DNA of 24,000 nt from Polycladomyces zharkentensis (GTDB taxonomy: Bacteria > Bacillota > Bacilli > Thermoactinomycetales > JIR-001): contig NZ_JAFHAP010000018.1 in NCBI RefSeq assembly GCF_016938855.1, positions 9,825 to 33,824 of the forward strand, in the 5' to 3' direction. The stretch's first letter is position 1, and the number at the start of each line of letters is the position of its first letter. A program made the translations under genes and the position numbers. Below the pieces are notes generated by a model. It was not told the origin of the DNA, did no database searches, and worked only from the letters and a program-made list of their open reading frames with translations. Positions 9,567-18,839 of this stretch are shown here, in pieces.

Positions 9567-9573
9567 ATCGACA

Positions 9574-9600
9574 AACCCAGCGGTTTTTCCGCTGGGTTTT
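9574..9600 (+). terminator. Second intrinsic terminator-like hairpin
   Basis: AACCCAGCGG / CCGCTGGGTT with TTTTT loop and TTTTG tail. Confidence 0.6.
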
Positions 9601-9949
9601 GTATCAACAATCACGGAGAAAAATCCCTCCTTCGGCCTCGTTTTTTCCTTCCTAGAAAAGGCATTTTGCTTGATGTTGCGGCACACGGCAGTAAGAGGCA
9701 TGGCTCCGTTACTATGGCAAGCGCCCTTATCCATGCAGTGCGAAGTGCGTGCCATCTTCGCAGTGGCAAGAGGTAATCATCTGCTTTCGATTCAGCAATG
9801 TATTCGTCAGTGTCAAAAGATTGATCGGATGGATGTGCAAACATCGGTGCGATAAACACAAAAATCCCCCTGCCTTTTGTATGTACGGGGGATTCTGATG
9901 ATCGTTTATTATTTCGTTTTTACCGCAGAGATGGGAAACGGAGGAAATT

Positions 9950-9979
9950 AAAAAAAAATAGCGCGGTGTCCGCGCTATT
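9950..9979 (-). terminator. Minus-strand intrinsic terminator
   Basis: AATAGCGCGG-TGT-CCGCGCTATT (9957-9979) with a run of A on the plus strand at 9951-9958, i.e. a U tract on the minus transcript. Confidence 0.75.
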
Positions 9980-10509
9980 GATTAGGAGACGGTGATGGTG
10001 GAAATCACAGAGGGTGAACCACAAAGAGAGGAGGGTTTCATCTCTTCCCAACACCCCTGGAGTGGATTCTGGACATTTTCAATATATAAAAGGATTGCAA
10101 AAGAGTTTGTGATAAATTGCACAAAAATAAGTGACAATATTGTGGCAGTGATTTTCTTATATAGCGCCGTTATTCAGAACTTATCTTCCACAACCTATGC
10201 GGTATATCTCACAAAGCAAACATCGGGATGAACCACGATTTAGGGGTAGAGGTAGCGAATGCTGATTGTGCGGTTGAGGTTGCATCTATAGCAACTCAAG
10301 TCATTGCGTTTATACAGGAAACTCAGGGATCACACGTTCATATTCATCCTGAGCATTGGTAATGGCCAACTTAGAATACACTTCAAGATTTACGGCATGC
10401 ATGTCCAGAATAAGTCTTGAGCCATGTTAACAGGAAGTGACGCAACCAACTTATGCGGCAAATGGATTTGACCATGCTGGCCTGATCAGAATACTTCTTG
10501 AGTAAAGTG

Positions 10510-10875
10510 CTAAGTCGTTTTATCTTTGACCACTGCATTATCTGGACTTTTGGTGGCATTTAATATGACTACTCCCCCGACTATCAATACGATTCCCAAA
10601 ACTGTCACTATATTAAAAGGTTCTTTCCATATCAATATATCAATTAATGCGGTTAAAACCGTCCCTGCTCCCGACCATATGGCGTAAGCTGTCCCCAATG
10701 GAATATATCTAAGACTAATGGAAACAAAGTAAAATGCGACTCCGAATCCCAAAATGAAACCAATAGAAGGAAGAAAATTTGAAAAACCCGCTGATAATTT
10801 AAGCATTGAAGTGCCTGTTATCTCTCCGGCAATGGCTATGCCAAGTGCTATGTATCCTTTCATAATATCTTTCAC
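10510..10875 (-). CDS. Small multidrug resistance (SMR) efflux protein, YvdS/YkkD-like
   Basis: ~4 TM; 'GEITGTSMLKLSAGF', 'LRYIPLGTAYAIWSGAGTVLTALI'. Confidence 0.9.
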   Translation of the reverse strand: MKDIMKGYIALGIAIAGEITGTSMLKLSAGFSNFLPSIGFILGFGVAFYFVSISLRYIPLGTAYAIWSGAGTVLTALIDILIWKEPFNIVTVLGIVLIVGGVVILNATKSPDNAVVKDKTT

Positions 10876-10894
10876 AATATCACCTCTTCCTATG

Positions 10895-11221
10895 TTAATG
10901 ATTTCCCCCGGAAAGTTTCATAATTACAATCCCGCAAATAATCAGGATTATACCTAATAATTTTTTTGAATCAAACTTTTCTTTAAATAGCAAGACACCT
11001 ACTAATGCAGTTAAAGCGGTGCCTGCTCCAGCCCATATAGCATAAGCCGTGCCTAATGGAATAGCCTTCAAAGCTAACGACAGGTAATAGAATGATAATC
11101 CCATTCCAATTATTACCCCTACGGAAGGGAATAATTTCTTAAAACCATTTGATACTTTAAGCATTGAACTACCAAACACCTCAGCCAGGATGGCAGCGGC
11201 TAATAAGACATATGAATTCAA
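10895..11221 (-). CDS. SMR efflux protein, YvdR/YkkC-like
   Basis: 'AEVFGSSMLKVSNGFKKLFPS', 'LKAIPLGTAYAIWAGAGTALTALVG'; paired with the second SMR gene. Confidence 0.9.
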   Translation of the reverse strand: MNSYVLLAAAILAEVFGSSMLKVSNGFKKLFPSVGVIIGMGLSFYYLSLALKAIPLGTAYAIWAGAGTALTALVGVLLFKEKFDSKKLLGIILIICGIVIMKLSGGNH

Positions 11222-11233
11222 GATACCATCTCC

Positions 11234-11767
11234 TTACTCAGTCATATTGATCAAATATCGGATTACTTTTTCCCGTAATTCTTTGTTTAGATTTCCTACT
11301 CCAAATATTTCAGAGAACCACAAACCATCAACGGCTAATCGAACTATGGTTGACCGTACTGGGTCAATCCCGTCGTTTTCTATCTGTTTTTGCCATGTTG
11401 AATACTCGCTTTGTAGTTTTGCGAGTAAATCTGGGTTTGTAAATAGTGAAGCGATGAGTGCTGTACTGATTCCATTTGCTTCCTTAATATCGGCCAAAGT
11501 TGTCTCGAGATATGCACGACTCCACTTGCCAGCTTCATTAGCTGCATTTGTCGCTCTGTCATGAATATCTGCAAAAAAATTGTTTGTCGCTTCTTCCACC
11601 ATCGCGTTTATTAACGCTTGCTTATTCGGGAAGTGGTAGAGCAACCCGCCCTTACTGATTCCAGCTTCTTTAGCAACTGCCTCAAGCGTAAGTTTTTCAG
11701 CACCATGAGTTTTTACGATAGATGAAGCAACAGATAAGATATGTTTACGTTTAGAATTACTATTCAC
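11234..11767 (-). CDS. TetR/AcrR family transcriptional regulator (YvdT-like)
   Basis: N-terminal HTH 'HILSVASSIVKTHGAEKLTLEAVAKEAGISKGGLLYHFPNKQALI'; heads SMR operon. Confidence 0.9.
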   Translation of the reverse strand: MNSNSKRKHILSVASSIVKTHGAEKLTLEAVAKEAGISKGGLLYHFPNKQALINAMVEEATNNFFADIHDRATNAANEAGKWSRAYLETTLADIKEANGISTALIASLFTNPDLLAKLQSEYSTWQKQIENDGIDPVRSTIVRLAVDGLWFSEIFGVGNLNKELREKVIRYLINMTE

Positions 11768-11786
11768 ATTTGTTCACCTCAAATTT

Positions 11787-11816
11787 AGTGTACCGTCTGG
11801 ACGGTTTTTTTGTCAA
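11787..11816 (-). promoter_or_regulatory. Promoter with TetR-type operator
   Basis: Minus strand TTGACA (11816-11811), 18-nt spacer, TACACT (11792-11787); perfect inverted repeat ACCGTC-TG-GACGGT at 11792-11805 within the spacer. Confidence 0.65.
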
Positions 11817-11897
11817 CTGATTTTCCATTTCTTTGGTGAATGACCCAAAAATCAGTATCGATAGAACCTTTCGATCTTTTCTCGGCATAGGCTTCAG

Positions 11898-12040
11898 TCA
11901 TCTTCTCATGTACGAATGGGATGGCAATTCCCGTTCCTTAGCGATGGTGTCCACGCCCTTGTGTTCTTCTTGATACTTTTTGACTGTTTTCAACTGAAAC
12001 GCCTGACCGAACGAACGGAACGTTTGCGCTTTTTTGCCAT
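11898..12040 (-). pseudogene. Remnant of an IS transposase N-terminal HTH (IS3 OrfA-like)
   Basis: Minus-strand frame-shifted reading 'MAKKRKRS...' / 'FGQAFQLKTVKKYQEEHKGVDTIAKERELPSHSYMRR*', resembling an IS3 OrfA HTH; short and interrupted. Confidence 0.5.
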
Positions 12041-12046
12041 GGAAAA

Positions 12047-12104
12047 GCCCCCCTTTAAGAAGATTTACGCCCACTTTTTATAGCGTGTCTTCTTTAAGGG
12101 GGGC
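12047..12104. repeat. 17-nt inverted repeat (one mismatch) next to transposase remnant
   Basis: GCCCCCCTTTAAGAAGA (12047-12063) / TCTTCTTTAAGGGGGGC (12088-12104). Confidence 0.7.
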
Positions 12105-12289
12105 ACTTCATGTTTCCGGCTTTGTCTGTTCTTCCTTCTCATCTTCAATGACGCATATACGGATTCAGTCCAACCGGGAGTATACCGCAAAATATCTATT
12201 GCCGTTGATTTAACGGTTCTTGCCTTTGTCAACTCAATCGTTGACCCGAAAGCAGAATAGTGTGCGTAAGTCTACCTTGAGGGGGGACT

Positions 12290-13222
12290 TCAATCAACCG
12301 GTTTTTTATTTTCTTTGGACAGCGCGACAACGGTGGCGACGATGCAGATACCGCCAACGGTTTGCCACGCACCCATCGGCACATGCAGCCACACCACCGT
12401 AACGATGGCGGCGGCCAGCGGTTCGGCACAGGCCAGGAGGGAGGTTTCCGTCGGCGTGAGATAACGCAGACTGTCCAAATACCAATAAAATGCGAGCAAC
12501 GTGCCGAAGATGACCACAAATCCAACGAGCAACCAGGCGGAACCCGTCCATACCTGCCCCGATGTCCGCCAAAGCGGGTGAATGATGTTCATCCCCACAC
12601 CGCCGATCAGCATGGCCCACCCCACGATGACACCGGAGCTCCATCTGCTCAACAATCGAGCAGGATACAATGTGTAAAAAGCGGCGGTGACGGCAGAGCC
12701 CAACCCCCAGAAGACGGCGGAAAGGGAGATGGTCAACCTGTCCAGCCGGCCGTTGGTCACCAGCAACCCGGTTCCCATCAGTGCGAGCACCACGGCGACG
12801 ATATCCTTGCGTCCGGGAAGTTGCCGGTTGCGGAGCGCCACATAGATGGTGACGAAAATGGGACCCAAATACTGTAACAGAGTGGCGGTGGCAGCGTTGC
12901 CCGCTTGGATCGCTTCAAAATAGGTATATTGCACGCCTGCCATCCCCAAAATGGAAAAGATGAGCAGTTGGCGGCGATCCGATTTTTGTTTCCAAATCTG
13001 CCAAACCGTTTGTTTTTGAACGAAAGCGAAATAAAAGAGTAGCAAAATCCCGGAAAGGGAGAGTCGGAGGGAAACGAGCCAACCGGGTTGGAATCCTTGA
13101 TGTTGAAACAGCCATTGTGCCGCCGTCCCCGACAATCCCCAGCAAGTGGCTCCGGCCAACACCATGGCGAATCCTTTGAGGCGGTGAAAGGAGGGGGGAA
13201 CCGCCATTGTTACGGACCGCAT
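12290..13222 (-). CDS. EamA/DMT family transporter
   Basis: 'GFAMVLAGATCWGLSGTAAQWLF' and 'VFWGLGSAVTAAFYTLYPARLLSRW' repeats; start chosen at 13222 by AAAGGA RBS (longer ORF extends to 13444). Confidence 0.85.
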   Translation of the reverse strand: MRSVTMAVPPSFHRLKGFAMVLAGATCWGLSGTAAQWLFQHQGFQPGWLVSLRLSLSGILLLFYFAFVQKQTVWQIWKQKSDRRQLLIFSILGMAGVQYTYFEAIQAGNAATATLLQYLGPIFVTIYVALRNRQLPGRKDIVAVVLALMGTGLLVTNGRLDRLTISLSAVFWGLGSAVTAAFYTLYPARLLSRWSSGVIVGWAMLIGGVGMNIIHPLWRTSGQVWTGSAWLLVGFVVIFGTLLAFYWYLDSLRYLTPTETSLLACAEPLAAAIVTVVWLHVPMGAWQTVGGICIVATVVALSKENKKPVD

Positions 13223-13602
13223 TGGATTCATCCTTTCCCGAAAACTGTTTCTCTCCATTTTAATGGAAAAACGAAGAGTTGGAAACGGGGGATGGTAACC
13301 GTCTCGGGGCGTGTCCGATGAATCAATCATTGATCCAAAAGTCCGTATGTTGTCCATGGTGACTGGCTCCGCACGGCTAAAGTACCAGAGGCACCCCCTT
13401 CGGTCGCTGTGGGCTTTTAGGCGTTTTCTGTAAATAGCTTTCACCCCTTCAGGGGACGGTCACCTTAGTCGTATTGGCCATTTTCCTGGTACAGAATTCA
13501 GATGAAAAACGGGACCTCGGCAAAAACGCTACCGACAATTTTCTTCAAAGTCATGCACATTATATTTTTCGGGTGATCGTTTTCTGATATTGGGAACCGG
13601 AA

Positions 13603-13635
13603 AGAGTTCAACCTCTGATGGGGAGGTTGAACTCT
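13603..13635. terminator. Perfect 13-bp hairpin downstream of the minus-strand exporter gene (possible terminator)
   Basis: AGAGTTCAACCTC (13603-13615) / GAGGTTGAACTCT (13623-13635); T tract weak. Confidence 0.45.
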
Positions 13636-13729
13636 CGATTTTATCGTGTATAACCCGAGTCATCCCGCAAATCGTATATCCATCCGTCAATTCGCTTCAA
13701 CCACTGTAGACGGATGTATCAAACACCCT

Positions 13730-14665
13730 CTAGACGGCATCGAGAATGTATCCTTCCAATTCGTTCAGCATTTGCAATAAAGCGGCACGGATTTCAAATT
13801 CCTTGCGGGTTTTGGGGAGCGGCATGTCTTCACAGGTTTCACGCAAGGCGCGGATCTCCTCCTGGATTTGGTGGAAATCATCCGCACCGGAACGCAATGT
13901 CTCAGACATTTTCCTGAGAATGGAGGCCAGCATCTTCCCCTGAACGATCACCTGATCCACACGGGAGACAAGCGCGAGCATATGTTTGATACGTTCATAC
14001 TGCTTTTCTTTCTTTTCGAAGTGATGAAACCGGAGGACGTCATCCGAAGTGATATAGTTGTCTTCATGCAGTAGCGCTTCTTTTTTTCCTTGTTGAATCA
14101 GATTGTGGATGGTGAGGATTTCCGCGCCGTCCCACAGATAGTTCTTCTCCTCCAATGCACGGGCGAAATGATCGAACACGTCGGCGACCGCCAGTTCCAA
14201 TCGGCGGTGAATATTGAGGAGTTGTTCTTTGCGGCTCGGCATGTAGAGCCAGTTGATGGTGAGTGAAACGGTCATGCCGGTGAGGATCAACCAAATCTCA
14301 TTCAATAAAATGTCCATATCCAGATGGCCGGCGGTATACACGTGAATGGTGATGACGGTACCGAGTACCACGCTGCGCTCAGTCTTGGTTCGTACCAATA
14401 TCGGAATCAGAAGAAGCAGGATCAAGCCGATGACGTAAACATGAAACCCCAGCAAACTGAACAGCAGCGTATCCACTGCCAGTGTGAAAAACAGGGCAAT
14501 CACCGTTTTTCCGGCTGTGACCACCGTTTCTTTTCGCGTGTTCTTCAATAGAAGAGCCGCGACGATCCCGGTGAATTCCGCTAATTTCAAATGCAGGGCA
14601 TTGGCGATGTAAATGGCGAGCACCACGGCAACAACGGTTTTGGCTGTTCGGAATCCGATTCTCAT
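13730..14665 (-). CDS. Aromatic acid exporter family (ArAE_1/DUF939-like) membrane protein
   Basis: 'MRIGFRTAKTVVAVVLAIYIANALHLKLAEFTGIVAALLLKNTRKET' typical N-terminus; AAGGATGAG RBS; longer ORF upstream is the repeated element. Confidence 0.85.
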   Translation of the reverse strand: MRIGFRTAKTVVAVVLAIYIANALHLKLAEFTGIVAALLLKNTRKETVVTAGKTVIALFFTLAVDTLLFSLLGFHVYVIGLILLLLIPILVRTKTERSVVLGTVITIHVYTAGHLDMDILLNEIWLILTGMTVSLTINWLYMPSRKEQLLNIHRRLELAVADVFDHFARALEEKNYLWDGAEILTIHNLIQQGKKEALLHEDNYITSDDVLRFHHFEKKEKQYERIKHMLALVSRVDQVIVQGKMLASILRKMSETLRSGADDFHQIQEEIRALRETCEDMPLPKTRKEFEIRAALLQMLNELEGYILDAV

Positions 14666-14699
14666 GGCTGGCTCATCCTTTTTCTGAAGTGACTGGTGC

Positions 14700-14910
14700 G
14701 TGTCTGGCAAATCCGTGGGGGAAAGATTCCCGGACGGGCGAAAACGTGCGAAAACAAGGAAAGCGCAGGTTGAAATCGCGGGCAAATTCCTCTCGGCGAC
14801 ATACATTGCCCGCGTCCTGCGCTCCGGGTCGGAGCGGTCATCACCTGCTCCCGTGCAGGGCACAGGTGGAGCGAGACGGGAAAGCAATTTGGACAGGATT
14901 TACCAGACAC
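14700..14910 (-). ncRNA. Candidate structured RNA / repeated intergenic element, copy A
   Basis: ~84% identical (by eye, over ~130 nt core) to 18840-19062; closing stem GTGTCTGGTAAATCC/GGATTTGCCAGACAC on the minus strand plus three internal hairpins conserved in both copies. Confidence 0.5.
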
Positions 14911-15003
14911 TCGCTAAAAGGCAAGAGCCGGTGGACCAATTTCAGTAGCCGGCTCCCATGTGAAAAGTATAGGCAAAGGATACGTGCTGTTCAATGGGTT
15001 TCG

Positions 15004-15717
15004 TCAGCGGTCCGTCACAACGATGCAGGTGGCTTTGACGGGTCCGTGTACGCCCACGACCAGGTTCATCTCAATGTCGGCGCTGTTGCTGGGGCCGGAG
15101 ATGAAGTTGACACTGGACGGAATCGCTTCCCCTCGTTCGATCCGCTCGCGGATCATGCGAGCGGCTTGCGTCATGCGGGGTACCAGCGTACTCAGGGGAA
15201 CGATGGCGATGAAGTAACGGGGGAGAAGGCTGACGGAGCGGCCTTTTCCTCCGCCGCTCATCAAGACGACGGTTCCCGACTCGGCCAGTGTGATGTCGCT
15301 GATCGCGATGCCCACATCGGCCTGTTCCGCGCGTTCGATATTGATTTTTCCTTTTTCGGGATTCCATATATGGACATCCAACCCGTACGGATTGTCTTGA
15401 GTGGCGAACAGGGAGGACAACCCGAACTCGGCAAAACGCGGGTCATCCGAACAGATCACTGATTTTCCGTCGTACGAGCGGATCGTTTCCAACAATACGT
15501 CAGGCAGGGATGATGATTCCGTTCGCCGAACATCCGTATGGATCATTCGACATTGACGTTCAAACACTGACAACAGCTCTTCCGGTGTCGCACCGGCGAG
15601 GGTGCGCCATTGTGGTCCGTGTTTCCAATGAGAGGGCCGCTTCACCGGTTCTGAGATACGGGGACGCCCCAGTTTCCGGGCGATTCGCTCCAGAAACGCT
15701 TCACGGTTGTAAATCAT
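15004..15717 (-). CDS. lutC: Lactate utilization protein C (LUD domain)
   Basis: '[20 protein letters not shown]' and LUD-domain motifs '[44 protein letters not shown]'; third gene of lutABC. Confidence 0.9.
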   Translation of the reverse strand: MIYNREAFLERIARKLGRPRISEPVKRPSHWKHGPQWRTLAGATPEELLSVFERQCRMIHTDVRRTESSSLPDVLLETIRSYDGKSVICSDDPRFAEFGLSSLFATQDNPYGLDVHIWNPEKGKINIERAEQADVGIAISDITLAESGTVVLMSGGGKGRSVSLLPRYFIAIVPLSTLVPRMTQAARMIRERIERGEAIPSSVNFISGPSNSADIEMNLVVGVHGPVKATCIVVTDR

Positions 15718-17144
15718 GGCCGCTCACCTCGTTTACGCCGATTTTCAAACCACTCGCGAAAGGTTTCCCGTTCGGGGGAGGGAAGGTCACGAATCGATGT
15801 CCACGGTTGGAGCGGTCCGGGACCTTGACGGATGACGCCATCCTCCTCCCAGGGGAGAAGAGCGGTCCGTGCCAGTTTGGTTCCCCACCGGTACAGGCGG
15901 GGTGATTCGGCCACCATGCCGAACGCCTTCATCGCCAAACGCTCGCCGAGCGGCGATTGCCTTTTCTCTTCGGCCGTTTTTTGCCGGTGTCGGATCAACA
16001 GATCGTGCAACGGAATGTTCACCGGGCATGCTTCCGTACATGCGGCACACAAACTGGACGCGTAGGGCAGTTCCCGGTATAGATCCTCGCCGCCCAACAA
16101 TGGTGAAAGCACGGCACCGATCGGACCGGAGTAGATGGACCCGTAGGCTTGCCCGCCGATGTGGCGGTAGACGGGACATACGTTGAGGCAGGCACCGCAT
16201 CGGATACATTGGAGCACACTTTGGAATTCGGTGCCCAGGATGTCGGATCGCCCGTTGTCGATGATCACCAAATGAAACTCTTCCGGACCGTCTACGTCAC
16301 CAGCCGCTTTGGGTCCGGTCAGACAGTTGATGTAGCTGGTCAGCTTCTGGCCGACGGCGCTGCGGCACAGCAATCCCACCATCACCTCCAGCTCCTCCCA
16401 AGTGGGTACGATCCGCTCCATCCCCATCACTGCGATGTGGACGGGCGGCAGGGAGGTGACGAGCCGGCCGTTTCCTTCATTGGTGACCAAACAGACGGTC
16501 CCCGATTCGGCAACGGCGAAGTTGCACCCGGTGATCCCCACTTCCGCGGTCAAAAAATCGGGACGAAGTTGCTGACGGACGAACGCGGTCATTTCTTCCG
16601 GCTCAGCGGAACCGGTATATCCCAGTTTCTCCGCAAACACCCGGCGAATCCGCTCACGGTCCTTGTGAACGGAGGGTCCCACGATGTGGGAGGGGGGATC
16701 ATGGTCATCCACTTGCAGGATGTATTCCCCCAGATCCGTTTCCACCACCCGGCAGCCGATCGCTTCAAGGACATCGTTCAGGCTGATCTCTTCCGTCACC
16801 ATCGACTTCGATTTGACGATGCGGCGGGCATCTCTTTTTTGCACGACATCCCGGATGTAGGAGGTTGCTTCCTCCGCCGTTTGTGCGAAAAAGACATGTC
16901 CCCCGAGCGCATGTACCCGGTCGCTCAATTGCTCAAGGTAATAATCCAAGTGTTCCAGGGTGTGACGACGAATCTCTTCACCCAGCCGCCGCCATTCTTC
17001 CCAATCACCCAATTCCTCGGCGGCACGCAGGCGGCTTGTCCGCATGCGTTCCTGTGCGGCACGGACCGCGCTCCGCATGAATTGGTCCCGAATGCCTTTG
17101 TCCACTCGCCGGTAGAAAACGACATCCCCAAATTGAATTCCCAT
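15714..17144 (-). CDS. lutB: Lactate utilization iron-sulfur protein B
   Basis: LUD domain plus 4Fe-4S motifs '[12 protein letters not shown]' and 'CAACTEACP'. Confidence 0.95.
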   Translation of the reverse strand: MGIQFGDVVFYRRVDKGIRDQFMRSAVRAAQERMRTSRLRAAEELGDWEEWRRLGEEIRRHTLEHLDYYLEQLSDRVHALGGHVFFAQTAEEATSYIRDVVQKRDARRIVKSKSMVTEEISLNDVLEAIGCRVVETDLGEYILQVDDHDPPSHIVGPSVHKDRERIRRVFAEKLGYTGSAEPEEMTAFVRQQLRPDFLTAEVGITGCNFAVAESGTVCLVTNEGNGRLVTSLPPVHIAVMGMERIVPTWEELEVMVGLLCRSAVGQKLTSYINCLTGPKAAGDVDGPEEFHLVIIDNGRSDILGTEFQSVLQCIRCGACLNVCPVYRHIGGQAYGSIYSGPIGAVLSPLLGGEDLYRELPYASSLCAACTEACPVNIPLHDLLIRHRQKTAEEKRQSPLGERLAMKAFGMVAESPRLYRWGTKLARTALLPWEEDGVIRQGPGPLQPWTSIRDLPSPERETFREWFENRRKRGERP

Positions 17145-17897
17145 TTAGCTCCCCTCCTTCTCCAGGCCGGACTGCAACACCTGCGCAATGTGCATGACCC
17201 GAATCGGTTTTCCCTGCCGGCGAATCCGACCACCCATGTGCATCAGGCATCCGCAATCAGCTCCGATCAGGACCTCGGCGTCCGTTTCTTCGATGTGCAC
17301 TACTTTTTCGTCGACCATCTGTTGGGAGATGGGTGCCATTTTTACGGAAAAGGTGCCGCCGAATCCGCAGCAGTCGTGCGCGCAGGGCAGTTCGGCCAGC
17401 GACAGTCCCTTGACGTTGGCCAACAGCTTCATCGGTGCATCTTTCACCCCGAGCAGGCGGGTCATGTGACAGGAACGATGGTAGGTGGCTTTGGCGGGAA
17501 GTGTTGCATTGACATCTTCCACTCCCAGGATTTCTGTCAAAAATTGTGTTAATTCATAACATTTTTCCGCCAATGCGCGTGCTTTTTCCTGCCACTCCCA
17601 TTCGTCCTCTCCTGAAAAGAGATGAACATATTCCTTCAACATGGCTGTGCAGGAACCCGAAGGGGCCACCACATAATCGGCGTGGGCAAATGTCTCGATC
17701 ATGTGGCGGGCGGCTTTTTTCGCTTCACGATGATACCCGCTGTTGAACGCGGGTTGGCCGCAACAAGTTTGTGCGACGGGGAAATCCACCTCACAGCCGA
17801 GCCGTTCCAACAGTTCCACCGTGGCTTGTCCGACTTCCGGATAAAACAGATCGGCCAAACACGTGATGAACAACGACACTTTCACGGAAATCCCCAC
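17145..17897 (-). CDS. lutA: Lactate utilization protein A ((Fe-S)-binding, CCG domain)
   Basis: '[23 protein letters not shown]', CCG motifs '[12 protein letters not shown]' and '[13 protein letters not shown]'. Confidence 0.95.
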   Translation of the reverse strand: MGISVKVSLFITCLADLFYPEVGQATVELLERLGCEVDFPVAQTCCGQPAFNSGYHREAKKAARHMIETFAHADYVVAPSGSCTAMLKEYVHLFSGEDEWEWQEKARALAEKCYELTQFLTEILGVEDVNATLPAKATYHRSCHMTRLLGVKDAPMKLLANVKGLSLAELPCAHDCCGFGGTFSVKMAPISQQMVDEKVVHIEETDAEVLIGADCGCLMHMGGRIRRQGKPIRVMHIAQVLQSGLEKEGS

Positions 17898-17961
17898 TCC
17901 TCTCCCTGTTCATCAGGTCATCAGATGATTGTGTAAAAACGCGACGCAAAGGAACCTTGTG

Positions 17962-18678
17962 TCACTCCTGTTCCCCCATTCGTCCTGACAACAGTTGTTC
18001 CACCCCGTTGAGATGATCCAGCATCCGCAAGCGCGCTTGCTCGGCATCTTGGGCTGCAATCGCATCGTAAATGGCGCGATGTTCACGGTTCAATCGTTCG
18101 GCGATGGACCGTTCGGCAAAGAGGCCTTGTTGACGTGCTTCCTGCATGGCAGTGATGATGATTTCCGAGACGCTGTTCAACAGGTTGACCAGCATGTGGT
18201 TTCGTGCCGCTTGGGCGATGGCCAGATGAAAAGTCCAGTCCAGTTGTTCCCCGCGGGTATGATCATGTACATACAATTCCATCTGGTCCAGAATGTACCG
18301 GAATCGCTCGAGATCTTCCTCCGTCCGGCGACGGGCGGCAAAAACGGCAGAACCGGTCTCCAGCAACCGACGGATTTCAAAAAGTTGACGCACGTCTTCG
18401 CGGTTCATCAGCAGGGCATGCGACAACGTGGAGGATAAAGCGCGCGGATCGTACTGCCGCACATAGGTTCCTTCTCCCTGCCTCATTTCGATCAGCCCCA
18501 TGGCCTTGAGGGCGCTCAGTGCTTCCCGGATCGCCGAACGGCTGACTCGAAAGGATTCTGCCAGTTGTTCCACCGAAGACAGTTTGTCTCCGGGTTTGAG
18601 CGATCCATTCTTGATTTGTTGGATCAACTGATCCGCCACTTGTTCGTAGATCTTTTTCTTGTGAATCTGTTGATACAT
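17962..18678 (-). CDS. GntR/FadR-subfamily transcriptional regulator, likely LutR/LldR-like
   Basis: 'YEQVADQLIQQIKNGSLKPGDKLSSVEQLAESFRVSRSAIREALSALKAMGLIEMRQGEGTYV' wHTH plus FCD domain; upstream of lutABC; ATG at 18678 has AGGAGTGGAG RBS. Confidence 0.9.
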   Translation of the reverse strand: MYQQIHKKKIYEQVADQLIQQIKNGSLKPGDKLSSVEQLAESFRVSRSAIREALSALKAMGLIEMRQGEGTYVRQYDPRALSSTLSHALLMNREDVRQLFEIRRLLETGSAVFAARRRTEEDLERFRYILDQMELYVHDHTRGEQLDWTFHLAIAQAARNHMLVNLLNSVSEIIITAMQEARQQGLFAERSIAERLNREHRAIYDAIAAQDAEQARLRMLDHLNGVEQLLSGRMGEQE

Positions 18679-18839
18679 GGTCTCCACTCCTGATGACATC
18701 ACCGGATACGCTTGAGTGCGTGTCTGATTCCCTCCCGGTCCGCATGCTTGCCGTATAGAGAGAATCTCTGTGTGGGAAAAGGCTGCCTTTCCTTTCGATC
18801 CCTTTCAAAACGCTGAAGGTCGCGTTCATATCAGGGCAT

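Noticed and set aside
9559-9855. 98-aa plus-strand ORF after pit
   Set aside because: Begins inside terminator hairpins and has no RBS or recognisable domain; kept as unassigned intergenic DNA.
14662-14910. Several six-frame ORFs (e.g. N-terminal extension of 13730..14887, 14700..14948) and similar ones at 18377..19057, 18831..19043, 18838..19080 share peptide strings
   Set aside because: The shared peptides derive from the duplicated intergenic element; no frame is consistently preserved with a good RBS, so I treat this as nucleotide-level homology rather than a protein family.
16149-17552. 467-aa plus-strand ORF antisense to lutB/lutA
   Set aside because: Shadow ORF; minus strand has diagnostic Fe-S and CCG motifs.
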